A stretch of DNA of 64,000 nucleotides from Octopus bimaculoides (GCF_001194135.2 NC_068987.1:81838597-81902596), one strand, 5' to 3'; positions 1 to 12,702 are shown, counted from the stretch's first letter. Translations and numbers: made by a program. Notes: generated by a model from the letters alone, not told the origin.

Positions 1-804
1 AAGCAGACTTGGCAAAAGTTCAGAATTACTGTCACCTTTCGAATTTCCCCTGTGTACAGTTAGCAGTACACCTACTACTGGCCTGGTATATAAATAAATA
101 CATACATACTTACACACACACACACATGTTGGTACACCTCATCATCATTTAATGTCTGATTTTACATGCTGGTTTAGGTTTGGGTTTAATGTGTGTGTAA
201 TTACCTGTTTTATAAGTTTGTTCTTATGTCTAGTAAGCATATACTAAAGGAAGGACTCAATACCGATTATAGTCAAACAACATTATATTATCATTGGTGA
301 TTGTTTACTTTGAAGTTTTGTTAATACTGACTTTATACTGGCTTCTCAGCACAATGTTTGCTAAGAAAAATTTTTATTTCAGAAAACAATTTTGAGACAC
401 TTTCAGTGAAAATTGAAAGTAAATTATCACTATAAATGTATATGGTGTGTGTGTGTGTGTGTGTCTTCTATTTTTTATTACAAATCTTCTGAGGAGAGAG
501 CTAGTTTCCAATAAAGATACAAGGCTCCATCTTTGAGATGTAGTTAACAAATTCACATGTATGTATGTATGTATGTATGTATGTATTTCTCGGCTTTTGT
601 TAAAGCATGTCTTTAAATGAAGGCCACTCTGATATAACACCAGATATGCAAGGAATGGTATTGAACATTTTAGGGATCTTTTCCTTGCGCTTAGGATCAT
701 GGTGCTCCCACTTTCTTCAGTTTCATTTGACACTCAATGGTTTTTGTCAATTTACTCTCGTATATAAAATGACTTAAACAAAATCACAAAAGGAAAAATT
801 TATT

Positions 805-1020
805 CATCATCATCATCGTTTAATGTCTGCCTTCCATGCTGGCATGGGTTGGACGGTTTCACAAGAGCCGGCCAGGCAGAAGCTTGCACCTGACTTCTGT
901 GATTGTTTTGACAGGATTTTTACTGCCGGATGCCCTTCCTAACACCAACCACTCAGCAGAGTGGACTTAGTACTTTTTACCTGGCACAAGAACAGGCGAG
1001 GTGAGTAGTGCTTTCTACAT
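805..1020 (-). mobile_element. RTE LINE 3'-UTR fragment (family C), older copy
   Basis: catcatcatcgtttaatgtc...ggatgcccttcctaacaccaaccact is the reverse complement of the (GAT)n-tailed 3' end that follows the RTE ORF2 end at 45320-46040. Confidence 0.8.
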
Positions 1021-1074
1021 GGTACAAGCACAGTTTAATTAATTGATAATGTTTAATTAATTGGTCAATTAATT

Positions 1075-1631
1075 ATGTGTGGAGATCAAAAGAGAATAGT
1101 GCTGTCAAAATTTGGATTCTCAAAATTGTATGACCTCTTGAGAACCCATACTTTGAGTATCAAGACCAGGACCTGTATATTGAACTGCTGTACATCCCCT
1201 GCATTGATGTATGGAAGTGAGACATGGTCTATAACATCAAAAACGAAAGGGTTTTTGGAGAGCTGTGAAATGAAGATCGTAAAGGGAACAGTGAGGATAG
1301 CATGGACAGACAGTGTCTAATGAAGAAGTGATGGCCCAGGCTGTGGTAATTAGGAAACTGCTTTATGAGATAAGGGCCAAGTGACTGAGATTTCTTGGTC
1401 ATGTGATGAGGAAAGGGAGCCTGGAGAATTTAGTGATGACCGGAAAGATTGAAGAGAAAAGAAGCAGAGGAAGGACACGGATGATGTCGATGTCAAAGCT
1501 TGATGAAATATTTGGGAAAAAGAGGCAATAAACATCAGGAAGTGGAACTGTAACAGAAAACAAAGAACAGAGAACTGTGACAGGACATGATCACCTATGT
1601 CTCATAGTCTGGACATGGCACCTGAAGAAGA
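1075..1631 (+). mobile_element. Decayed RTE-clade LINE, ORF2 C-terminus
   Basis: LMYGSETWSIT...LESCEMK...RIAWTDSV matches the RTE C-terminal YGxETW/EM/WTD pattern; frameshifted; ends in gaagaaga. Confidence 0.75.
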
Positions 1632-2171
1632 TATGGTCAATTTATATATATATATATATATATNNNNNNNNNNNNNNNNNNNNNNNNNNNNNNNNNNNNN
1701 NNNNNNNNNNNNNNNNNNNNNNNNNNNNNNNNNNNNNNNNNNNNNNNNNNNNNNNNNNNNNNNNNNNNNNNNNNNNNNNNNNNNNNNNNNNNNNNNNNNN
1801 NNNNNNNNNNNNNNNNNNNNNNNNNNNNNNNNNNNNNNNNNNNNNNNNNNNNNNNNNNNNNNNNNNNNNNNNNNNNNNNNNNNNNNNNNNNNNNNNNNNN
1901 NNNNNNNNNNNNNNNNNNNNNNNNNNNNNNNNNNNNNNNNNNNNNNNNNNNNNNNNNNNNNNNNNNNNNNNNNNNNNNNNNNNNNNNNNNNNNNNNNNNN
2001 NNNNNNNNNNNNNNNNNNNNNNNNNNNNNNNNNNNNNNNNNNNNNNNNNNNNNNNNNNNNNNNNNNNNNNNNNNNNNNNNNNNNNNNNNNNNNNNNNNNN
2101 NNNNNNNNNNNNNNNNNNNNNNNNNNNNNNNNNNNNNNNNNNNNNNNNNNNNNNNNNNNNNNNNNNNNNNN

Positions 2172-2805
2172 TATATATCATCGTTTAACGTCTGCTTTCC
2201 ATGCTAGCATGGGTTGGACGATTTGACTTGGGACTGGCAAACCAGATGGCTGCACCAGGCTCCAATCTGATCTGGCTGTTTCTACAGCTGGATGCCCTTC
2301 CTAACGCCAACCAATCAGAGTGTAGTGGGTGCTTTTACGTGCCACTGGCACGAGGGCCAGTCAGGCGGTACTGGCAATGGCCACACTCAAATGGTGTTTT
2401 TTACATGCTACCTGCACAAGAGTCAGTCCAGTGGCACTGGCAACACCCTCGCTTGAATGTCTTTTCATGTGCCACCGGCATAAGTGCCAGTAAGGCGACA
2501 CTGGTAACGATCACACTCAAATGGTGCTTTTTACATGCCACCAGCATGGAAGCCAGACAGCTGCTCTGGTAATGATCCCGCCCAGGTGGTGCTATTAGCG
2601 CTCCACTGGCACGGGTGCCAGTCATCGAATTTGGTTCAATTTTGATTTCACTTGCCCCAGAAGGTCTTCGCAAGCAGAGTTTAGTGTCCAATGAAGGCGA
2701 GGTTGGCATGGGTGCCAGTCGTCGAATTTGGTTCAAATTTGATTTCGATTTCACTTGCCTCAACAGGTCTTCACAAGCAGAGATTAGTATCCAAAGAAGG
2801 AAAGA
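2172..2805 (-). mobile_element. RTE LINE 3'-UTR (family C) with tandem ~60-bp subrepeats
   Basis: Same sequence as the other family C copies; repeated gccagt...gcactggcaac units. Confidence 0.85.
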
Positions 2806-2821
2806 TATATATATATATAGT

Positions 2822-2908
2822 GTATAAACAATTTACTTAGTTATACATGAAAGAGGTGACCTTTGACAGGGCAACTCTTTCGTGTATAAATATGTAAATT
2901 GTTTATAC
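2822..2908. repeat. 87-bp near-perfect palindrome (about 40-bp arms)
   Basis: gtataaacaatttacttagttatacatgaaagaggtgacc versus reverse complement of gggcaactctttcgtgtataaatatgtaaattgtttatac; about 35/40 matches, 7-nt loop. Confidence 0.85.
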
Positions 2909-2995
2909 GTTATTATATATGAAAATATGTTGTTTATTGACTTTATTACACATGCTAGCCACTGGTATGAAAAATTTTCTAATATTATATATAGT

Positions 2996-3215
2996 CCCTA
3001 GTCAAGCACGTCTGGGCTTTGAAAGAAAGTACTGTGGAAGATCCGAGAAAAATGCAAACTGTACTTCAGTAGCAGCAGGAAGTTCAGATTATGCCTGGCT
3101 GGGATGAGAGTGATCTTAAAAGGTTTCCAACGCACAGAAATCTACCTGAATAGCAGGAGTGAGGGGCTTAAACCTTGCCTGCCCCCATGAAAGGAAGTAC
3201 ATCCTGTTGTACTTG
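2996..3215 (+). mobile_element. Penelope-like element remnant, GIY-YIG C-terminal region
   Basis: Frameshifted pieces SLVKHVWALKE, RLCL...IL, LNSRSE, C..HERKYIL match the PLE pattern KHIWxLK...CRLCLxEK..IL...LNSRSE...CxH. Confidence 0.65.
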
Positions 3216-3926
3216 TGCACCCCACCATGACTGCAACCACAGGCCCCTTACCTCGACCCACCAACAACCTTTCATCAATGCTGTCGAGCCTGGCAAAAAA
3301 GTTTGACCAAAGCACACACACACCCCAATGCACCCATGTACACACACATATACATCCCTATAAGATGGATACCTACAAAAGAGACTTTCTCCACTACCCT
3401 TGCCCACAAATTGTACCACTACTCATGCACAGACTCCCCCACCACACACACACACACACATTACACATCACATGATAACGTAAACAAAACCCACGATTTT
3501 ATCCTTTACAGAAAGGAAACAGACCAACGAACATACCTATATATACATATACATCAGGATAAAATCATGCACATGACACCACTACACATATCACATACCC
3601 CATCCCCACAGTAGCACCACATTAAAATTACACATCTTCCCTACTTCAAGATAACTCTTGCTGGCTTAACAGCATACCCAACCAAGGGACATAACTGCTA
3701 ACCTAATCCCCTCACCCCTTTTTCATTTCACCACCTTTTTCGCAGCAGCTGCTGACCAGTTGTGCTAATCCACCTCTGATTATAGAGTAGCTGTCCCTTC
3801 CATATTGGCAAACTCTGATGAGTGTAAAGTTATATAATCGGATTGTTAACTAACACTCCATTGTATTCCTTATGCGAAACCAATCGGTAAGATCAGCCGT
3901 GATGGATATTAAATACAATTTTGCAG

Positions 3927-3950
3927 ATTATATACCCACTCTACTGGCAG
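3927..3950 (+). CDS. Candidate micro-exon, unidentified protein
   Basis: caattttgcag|24 nt|gtacat with CAG/GT donor; all three frames open; no homology recognised. Confidence 0.15.
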
Positions 3951-4041
3951 GTACATCTTTTTCCTAGCTTATGGTCTCTTAGACAACTCAAGCACATATA
4001 TATCAATTTCATATACATATTTTCCTGCATATATATCCAAG

Positions 4042-4179
4042 TTCCTAGAGTAGATGTATGCTTAAATTTATCAATACACACAAGGCTGATGCCAGTAGGC
4101 AAATGGAGAACAGTAAGCAATGGTTGGCACGTATTTCAACAGAATACATCAAAACATTGTAAAACCAAAAATACTTTTT
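4042..4179 (+). CDS. Candidate exon, unidentified protein (VPRVDVCL...KTKNTF)
   Basis: 138-nt open frame ending at a strong gtgagt donor (4180); acceptor weak. Confidence 0.15.
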
Positions 4180-4448
4180 GTGAGTAAAATTTATTTATAT
4201 TTAAAAGGTCTGACATGAGAATTTGACATTAAAAATTTAAATCTAAAAAGAGTTTTTTCTTTTTTTTTTTTTGTTAGTAAAAGTAAAATGAATAAGTTGT
4301 ACTTTGCTTGAAGACATTTTCATTGTATTTACAAAGTTTAGCCAAGAGCTCGAGGAAGGAAAAATACATGTGATATGTTGGTGTTTAAATGTATTTGTGG
4401 GTGCATTTATACACATACACACACATTATTATTATCATTTAATATATA

Positions 4449-5278
4449 CAGGGTGTGGTGAATAAACTGTTGTCTAAATTAGGCAAAAATGAAAATAACA
4501 CTGACATCTCATTTTAACAGATATATTTACCAAAACTACATAAAAATATCTTGAAATACTAAAGAGTAAATTTATTCAATAAAATCAAAATTGGCTTTAA
4601 CTGTGGTCTCCAGATGACTTTGGAATCTCCTGCAGCTCTTCTGGACAGTCTCCTTGTTTACGTTGGTGTTACAAGGAATTTTGTTGGTCTCTCACTCAAT
4701 TGTGTCCCACACATAATGATCAAGGGGGTTGCAGTCTGGTGGGTTAGGTGGCCAGATTTTAGGGGTGATGTGGTCACAGAAATTGTCTGAGAGCCATGAC
4801 TGGGTTTTCCTGTTTGTGTGGCATGGTGCAGAGTCCTGTTGCCAGATAAAGGGTCTTCCAGCGGCCACCCTCTTCACCTAGGGCAGCACTACCTCCTCCA
4901 AACACTTGATGTAGGCCTCCATGTTGAGTGTGAGGCCATGTAGGAAGATGAATGGAGGCATAACGTTGCCATCACTAGTGATCACTCCAAACACCATTAT
5001 ATTGACTGGATGTTTGATTTTTATAATTCTCTGTATATGCACTATCCTCAGATTGGCCTCCAAACACTCTGAAATGTTCGTATTGGAGCTTCTAGTGTGA
5101 ATTCCAAGCAGTGCAGCACGTTTCCAAATTTGTGGCAGTGAATTTCATCATGGTGCTATTTTTCTCACGGACGGTGCCCAAGTGACCATGCTATACTGTG
5201 TAGATGACAAAATTAAAAAAAAACAATGCATATGCACACAAAAATATAAAATGGTGACAATTTACCCATTGCACCCTG
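4449..5278 (-). mobile_element. Internally deleted Tc1/mariner element, maT (DD37D) type
   Basis: TA|CAGGGTG...CACCCTG|TA ends with ~26-bp imperfect TIRs; WQQDSAPCH...WPPNPPDCNPLD has 37 residues between the 2nd and 3rd catalytic Asp. Confidence 0.9.
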
Positions 5279-5699
5279 TATGTTATTTTTATTATTTGCT
5301 TTTAATCTTTATGTTTGTTACAATCACTTGCCAAGACAGACCCAGTGAAGGATAAGAGATGTTTCAGTATGACTGAAAGCTTGGAGAGGGGAAGTGGCAG
5401 GGGCAGAGCAAAATATCTTCATGTACTACAACACAAGCATTTAAATGGAGTTTTTCTAAAGATGTGGGCAGTACTTGTCAGCACAATCTTTTGGATTTCT
5501 CTGAGACATGGTTCTCCTGGGATCTTAACTAGATGTTTCTGACATCCCTTTTTTTAATTGTATTTATAGCACCTACAGTAACAGGAACAGTTAACATATC
5601 TTTTGTATTTTAATTTCCAGGTCCTTACATTTACTTATCTTTTACAGATATATTTTTATTAGTGGGAACACATCTACAATTATTTTTTTCCCTGCATTT

Positions 5700-6107
5700 A
5701 ATAATTATGTCTGGTCATTTAGCCTGGGTGTTCTGTCAGTGTTGATTGGAAAATCCCAGAGGATAGTAACATTTTTACCTTCAACGACTGGCCCAGGATG
5801 ATGTTCATACCAGTAACCAGGAGTGCTGATTTTGTAGTGTTTACATATTTTCCAATGTAAATACTGTCCTACCCTATCGTAGTGATGTTTGTATTCGTTT
5901 GGTATCAACACTGGACCTCCCAAGACAAGATGGTCTATTGTTTCCTTAAATATGTTGCAGAATATGCACTTATGGTCGGAACAGTTTGAAGAACATTAGC
6001 CAGATAGTTTTTGGTAAGCAAGCTTTGATCTTGTGCTGCCAATATGAAACCTTCAGTCTTTGCTTTCAATGCTGAACTTCTCAGCTAATGACTGGTTGTT
6101 ACTTGGT
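5700..6107 (-). mobile_element. R4/Dong-type non-LTR fragment (CCHC + restriction-like endonuclease region)
   Basis: EGFILAAQDQSL, KETIDHLV, YDRVGQYLHWKICKHY...ILWDFPINTDR. Confidence 0.85.
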
Positions 6108-6526
6108 CTACAGCAGCATTTTGACTTCAAAGTATATACTGTCCATGAAGCCTTCTGATACTGTCCCCAAGGACCCAACAATAATTGGGTCAAAGAGGCA
6201 CACATCAACTATATAGCACATGAGGTGCACCTTGTCCACAACCACTAGATCCAGTTTGTTATGCTCTAGCACCTGATCTGTTTGGATAGGGAAATCCCAG
6301 AGTATTTTACAAGTCTCCAACTCCACCACTCTCTGTGGTTTGTTCTCATACCACACCTTGCCTCTCTCTAGCCTCCACTTTTCACACAGTTTCAAATGTA
6401 GAACTTCCACTACCTTATGTTGGCACAACTTATGGTTTGGGGCAAGTCTAGGGCATTCACTCATGATATGGGCAATGGTTTTGTCCACTCTGCTGCAGAT
6501 GCAGCACAGTGAAAGTTGACCCTTCA
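6108..6526 (-). mobile_element. Second R4/Dong-type fragment (CCHC + RLE)
   Basis: CCICSRVDKTIAHIMSEC...KILWDFPIQTDQVLEHNKLDLVVVDK...IVDV. Confidence 0.85.
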
Positions 6527-6578
<52 letters not shown>

Positions 6579-8590
6579 GATTGAACTCTGGTTCTGTCTT
6601 ATTTCTGGCAGGATTTATGTGGGTAGCTGGTTACTACCTATAACCTAAAGTATCCACAAGCTTTCAATAGTTTTTCAAGTGCTTAGAACCCTCCGGATAA
6701 TCTATCCTGTTTCTTAGAGGCAAACTTTCTGTAGAAGCACTGCAGGATATTTTATTCCAGTCTCCTTCAACCATTTCTCTATATCTTTGCTCACAGTTCT
6801 CAGTGTATCAGTTATTATTAGCACAACCATTACAGTTTTCAAATTCTAAATTCTTGCAATTTCAAATTTTAAGGGATTGTATTTTTTTTTTTTTTTCTAG
6901 TCTTTTTTCTTTACAATCCTGGAATCAAATGGACATGATGGAAACAACTTCCCTTTTCCTTGTCCATTATTGTTATGTCTGGTCTTTTATTTTTTAGCCT
7001 CTTGTCTATTTGAATAGATAAGTCCCACTGAATCCTACAATTTTCCAACTCCAGCACTCTTTTGATACAGCGTTCATACTAGGTCTCCAGCTTTAGATTC
7101 TTATTTCTGGCCAAGCTTCCAGTGTAAAACTTTTACAACTTTATCAGGCTTCAATTTTTTTTTTTTTTATTCTCCCTGTGCCAACTTGGGACATTCTATC
7201 TTGTTCCAGATTCCACAGACTCTACATTTTTCTGAAACATTCTCTCCATATATATTTTCCCTCAAGTTGTTTGTTTTTATCACTTGACATTGGGCTGCTA
7301 CAAGTAGGATTTTTTTTTTTCAATTGTCCCTTTTTTAACCAAGCCTACGATTTTGTTCCACATACATCTTCAGTGGTTCTCCAAATGTGCCCATGCAGAA
7401 GTTTCTCTTCAGTCCATCTAAAGTGCTTTCTTTGAATTTCATTTTTGTCCTTTTCTCCTATTCCTCACTTAATCACCTGTTCCTTATTCACTGTCTTCAG
7501 AAGTCTCACTGTGCTGTTTTGTAAATATTCAAGTAGGCTTTTCCTTTCCATCTGTACACACTTTTCTACAGCAATTAAGCCTCTTCCATCCTGGTCTCTC
7601 TTCAGGTACAATCAGTCGATATCAACTTTCAGAGAGTGGGCTCCATACATTGTCAACAGCTTTCTAGTTTTCTGTTTTAGTTTCTGTGTGTCGTTTTTTG
7701 GTCCAGTCTACAATTCCAACTCAATATCTGATTAGGAGTACTGCTCTTGCATTTATTGCTTCAATAACATTTTTAGGATTCTGCTTTGACTGCAATAATT
7801 TTCTCACTCTCCTCATATACTCCCTACTGGTAATTTGTTTCATTTCTCCATGTTTTATTTCATCTGCTTCCAGTGTCCCCAAATACTTATACCACTGACC
7901 TTTCTCAACTGCTCCCATTGTTTGCCCATTTGACATTTCGATTCACTGGGATCAAAAAGTGTGCAATGTTGAAAATGAAATGAAGATTTGAAGGAAGCTA
8001 AATTCCATATTTATGTCATTTGAGAAAATGTGAACAGAATGTGTAAGACTTTCAAGCTTTTTATCATTTTTCACATAAATCTTTATATCGTCCATAAAAA
8101 GGAGATGATTTATCTGACCATTTCCTTTTCTCAAATCATAAGCCATTTTGACTTTCTGCAATATCAAACTGAGTGGTTTCATGGCCAATACAAATAGTAA
8201 TGGAGATAAGGTATCACTTTGAAAGAAATATTCCACATCTGATGCTCACTTTTCCAATGCTTCATATTTTCATTAACCATTTTCTCCATATTTTCTGCCA
8301 CCCCTAACATGCTTGTTACTTTATTCATCCTACTGTGCGGTACCACATCATATGCTTTTTTGTAATCCCACCATGCTACATTCAGTCCCATCAATCTGCA
8401 TCGACAATTTCTAATTATCATTTTATCAACTAATAAGTAGTCTTTGTTACCCAACTTCATTTCCTGCATCCTTTCTGCATCTTTCACTGTATATAGATCG
8501 ATTCTGAAATCCTTTTGTCTTGGCACAGCTTCAAGTTGTCTTTCCCCCTGTGTTAGCCACTCTGCACTTTCTTTATGTCTCACCAGCCTG
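6527..8590 (-). mobile_element. 5'-truncated, decayed R4/Dong LINE with (AAT)n tail
   Basis: RT motifs WDYKKAYDVVPHS, DTLSPLLFVLAM, HLLFMDDIKIY, YKYLG; RLE region IQWDLSIQIDK..NKRPDITI; 3' end abuts (ATT)n at 6527-6578. Confidence 0.9.
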
Positions 8591-8603
8591 TTCCACAGTT
8601 CTT

Positions 8604-8618
8604 TCATATACCTATCTG

Positions 8619-8676
<58 letters not shown>

Positions 8677-8696
8677 ACTCTCTGTCTCTCTCTGTC

Positions 8697-8765
<69 letters not shown>
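8604..8765. repeat. Compound microsatellite (TATC)n(TC)n(TA)n
   Basis: Directly visible. Confidence 0.95.
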
Positions 8766-8769
<4 letters not shown>

Positions 8770-8869
8770 ATAGTATTAGGGAATAAAAACTTGTTCCAAC
8801 CTTACAGGCAACAATTGGTATAATATTACACCGGGTTTCGTAATATATAATATATATGTATATGAAATA

Positions 8870-9272
8870 GGCGTAGGAGTGGCTGTGTGGTAAGTAGCTT
8901 GCTTCCCAACCACATGGTTCCAGGTTCAGTCCCACTGCGTGGCACCTTGGGCAAGTGTCTTCTACTATAGCCTCGGGCCGACCAATGCCTTCTGAGTGGA
9001 TTTGGTAGATGGAAACTGAAAAGAAGCCCGTCGTGTGTATATATATATATATATGTGTGTGTGTATGCTTGTGTGTCTGTGTTTGTCCCCACAATATCGC
9101 TTGACAACCGATGCTGGTGTGTTTATGTACCCGTAACTTAGTGGTTCAGCACAAGAGACCGATAGAATAAGTACTAGGCTTACAAAAAATAAGTCCTGGA
9201 GGGTCGATTTGCTCGACTAAAGGCGGTGCTCCAGCATGGCCACAGTCAAAATGACTGAAACGAGTAAAAGAG
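8870..9272 (+). mobile_element. tRNA-derived SINE family A, full length
   Basis: Head ggcgtaggagtggctgtgtgg with B-box ggttcagtccc; CORE-like segment ggcaccttgggcaagtgtc; internal microsatellite; tail atgactgaaacgagtaaaagag; about 20 copies or fragments in the window. Confidence 0.9.
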
Positions 9273-9283
9273 CATAACTAATT

Positions 9284-10644
9284 TAGAGACGAACCACCAC
9301 TCTGCAACTCAGTCAACTAAGAACTCGTCTAAAACCATGCTGTGAGGCATATACCATATCAATATTTATCTAAGATTTTAATCTAAAATTTCAATAATAT
9401 ATCATATAAAGAAATATTCATCATAAAAATATTAATTTAAAAAATTAAATAAATTATAAATAGGACAGTAAACATTTATACAATAATATAAATTCGGCTT
9501 ATTATGTACTAACGAATTTAAAGAGATATTATTAGCTAATAAAAAATTGATTATCTCCCACGATGAACGTCATATTAAATGCAGACATAAATTAAATTAC
9601 TTATATAAATAAGTTTAGATAGCTAATTTATTTATTTAAACCTAGGATAAGGTACCAACTTATAATTATGATCAGTAGCGTAAAATACATCAAATTAGCT
9701 TTAGAATACACTTTAATCATCACAATATTATACAAAATTAGAATATATAACTACCTTTGACTATAAAGTATTCAACGATAATATGAGCAGTCTTTTACAA
9801 TGTTTCATAGCATTATTTAAGTAAAATATAATTTTCGTATGTGGTATAGTTATTATTCTGCGTAAATTTGAGTTTTAAGTATTTTAATATTTTTAATCTT
9901 CAATAAACTTTATTTTAGGTAGATTTTCTTTTTCGATATTTTCGTTATTTTAGTAATTATAATACGCATTTACCTCTGGGTAATAGACGCCATATTTATC
10001 ACTTGACCTTTTAGTATAAATTCTATAGTACACCCATTTTGGTTTAAACTAGAGTTACTTGCCGGCAGATAAGTCATGTTTTCTAATTTTAATTTTCTAA
10101 ATATTGGCATACGTCTTTTATTAACTTTATACACTAACACATTTTTTTACTATCGTTTACTTTTTCCATAATGTTTTAACCTTGTTCACTATAATACTGT
10201 TTTTCAATATTTTTAGATTGTAACTCTCAATAATTATATTAATACCGTTAATGTAGAGTAGTTTACAGGTTTTGTCTCTTTATATATATTTTTATTTCTC
10301 ATGTTTATGTTTATTCCTTGAATGATTTTAGGTATTCTTTTAGGAATTTTATATAGTCCTATTTCAGCCATGAAACGCACGTAGTCTATGTACTAGCACT
10401 GACTTTTATACATTTATACTTTCACACTTTATATTATTGTATTAATTTTTACTGTCCTATTTATAATTTATTTGATTTTTTTAAAATTAATATTTTTATG
10501 ATGAATGTTTCTTTATATGATATATTATATTTTATTAAAATTTTAGATTAAAATCTTAGATAAATATTGATATGGCATATACCTCACAGCATGTTTTTGA
10601 CGGGTTCTTAGTTGACTGAGTTGTAGAGTGGTGGTTTGTCTCTA
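9284..10644. mobile_element. Non-autonomous DNA transposon with ~190-bp TIRs (Academ- or Sola-like)
   Basis: TAGAGACGAACCACCAC... at 9284 mirrors ...GTGGTGGTTTGTCTCTA ending at 10644; AATT on both sides (9280-9283, 10645-10648); AT-rich non-coding interior. Confidence 0.85.
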
Positions 10645-10820
10645 AATTATATNNNNNNNNNNNNNNNNNNNNNNNNNNNNNNNNNNNNNNNNNNNNNNNN
10701 NNNNNNNNNNNNNNNNNNNNNNNNNNNNNNNNNNNNNNNNNNNNNNNNNNNNNNNNNNNNNNNNNNNNNNNNNNNNNNNNNNNNNNNNNNNNNNNNNNNN
10801 NNNNNNNNNNNNNNNNNNNA

Positions 10821-11146
10821 TCATATTTGATGGCCTATAAGTTGCACGAGTGCATAGGATGCACCTTAACCTAGGCTATACTTTTGTAAAATAAATTACC
10901 ACTGAAATGTTTTAATTCCTCCTCTTACCTGTATAACTTTATTATTACCAGTAATTATAAGCAATTTATTGCATCCACATTCGATATAAACATACCATAG
11001 GTGATTGCTCACCAACAGATGGCAGCGCACGTTTTGTAAACATACATTCCGTTTTCAGCCTACATTGAGTGCATTGGATGCAGGGGGATTTTTAAGCCAT
11101 TTTGGGGTAAAGAAAAAAAGTGAGTCTTATAGGACATCAAATACAG
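10821..11146. mobile_element. Tc2/pogo-like MITE
   Basis: tcatatttgatggcctataagttgcac / gtgagtcttataggacatcaaatacag|ta form ~27-bp imperfect TIRs; left end abuts a gap. Confidence 0.7.
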
Positions 11147-11410
11147 TATGTATATTTATAAATTCATATAGATGGGCATAAAAGACAGCACTCTAGAGTA
11201 ATATGCCATTAAACCAGTTCAAATAAACTGTATATATATATATATATAGACACTAATCAGCACCTTACCTGAATGTTAATTAGTGGTAAAGCACTCTGTG
11301 TAAATAAATGACCCAATTAGATATATCAAGTCATGACTTTTTTGAGAGAGATGGCAATTTAGTGACCACATAAATATCTTTCAGATGATTCATGGTTTCC
11401 TGAAGTAGTC

Positions 11411-11789
11411 TCTTTTACTCTTTTATTTGTTTCAGTCCTTTGACTGTGGCATTGCCTTTAGTCAAGCAAATCAACCCCAGGACTTATTCTATGTAAGCCT
11501 AGTACTTATTCTATTGGTATCTTTTGCCGAACCGCTAAGTTACGGGGACGAAAACACACCAGCATTGGTTGTCAAGCGATGTTGGAGGGGACAAACACAG
11601 ACACACAAACATATATACATATATACGACGGGCTTCTTTCAGTTTCCGTCTACCACATCCACTCACAAGGCTTTGGTCGGCCCGAGGCTGTAGTAGAAGA
11701 CACTTTCCCAAGGTACCACGCAGTAGGACTGAACCCAGAATCATGTGGTTGGTAAGCAAACTACTTACCACACAGCCACTCCTACACCT
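11411..11789 (-). mobile_element. SINE family A, full length
   Basis: Reverse complement of 8870-9272. Confidence 0.9.
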
Positions 11790-11984
11790 GGAAATATTTT
11801 ACTATCTCGGTAAAATGGGATTTTGCAGTTTGTTGTTTCTCTTCAGCATTCTCATTCTTTTACACTTAACCCCTTGTTACTTGCAGCAACGACCCCTAGG
11901 AACCTTTGTGCATGTTTCCTTGTAATAAAGAGGTAAATACATTGAAATATAGCTACATTTAATTTTGTTTCAGTCAGTGGAGGA

Positions 11985-12018
11985 GTGGTATTGCCAGGTT
12001 AGAACCTGGCAATACCAC
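11985..12018. repeat. Perfect 34-bp palindrome
   Basis: gtggtattgccaggtt-ag-aacctggcaataccac, 16-bp arms. Confidence 0.9.
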
Positions 12019-12400
12019 AATTAGGAGGAGCAAATTCCTAAAGTCAAGTGCTACAACTCATACCAAACATTTTTTAACTTATTTCTCTTATATTATCCAA
12101 AATATTTCATTCGTTATAAGATACGTAATTGTATTCTTCATTCATTAATTTCATGTTTCAGTAATGATGTCATTATGTATGAAACTTGCAACTGTTGATA
12201 TAGGTGTGACCTGAAAGAGATGAAACTCCATGGCTTCGTTCAGTGTTGAGATGTTATGACGTCTGGGTTTGTTTCGGTTCTTCAGATGTCAGCAGCCACT
12301 GGCACATCACAGGAGATTGAGCTGATAGTTCTAAAAACATGGGAGGTTGGTCAAATAAAGTAATGACTCCAGAAAGTTTCTTCCAAAGTCTTGTGATTAA

Positions 12401-12639
12401 GTGGTTGTGTGGTAAGAAGCTTGTTTCCCAACCACATGGTCCTGGGTTCACTCCCACTGTGTGGAAACTTGGACAAGTGTCTTCTACAACAGCCTCGAGC
12501 TGACCAAAGCCTTGAGTGGACTTGATAGATGGAAACTGAAAGAAGTCCGATGTATAGAAGTCCGGTGCATGCTCCTGCCTGGTCAGATCTTGTCAAAACC
12601 AGTTAACCCATGCCAGCATGGAAGGTGGACATTAAACGA

Positions 12640-12702
<63 letters not shown>

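Noticed and set aside
9284-10644. Possible NUMT (very AT-rich, mitochondrial-looking)
   Set aside because: No recognisable mitochondrial gene, rRNA or tRNA; ~190-bp terminal inverted repeats explain it as a DNA transposon.
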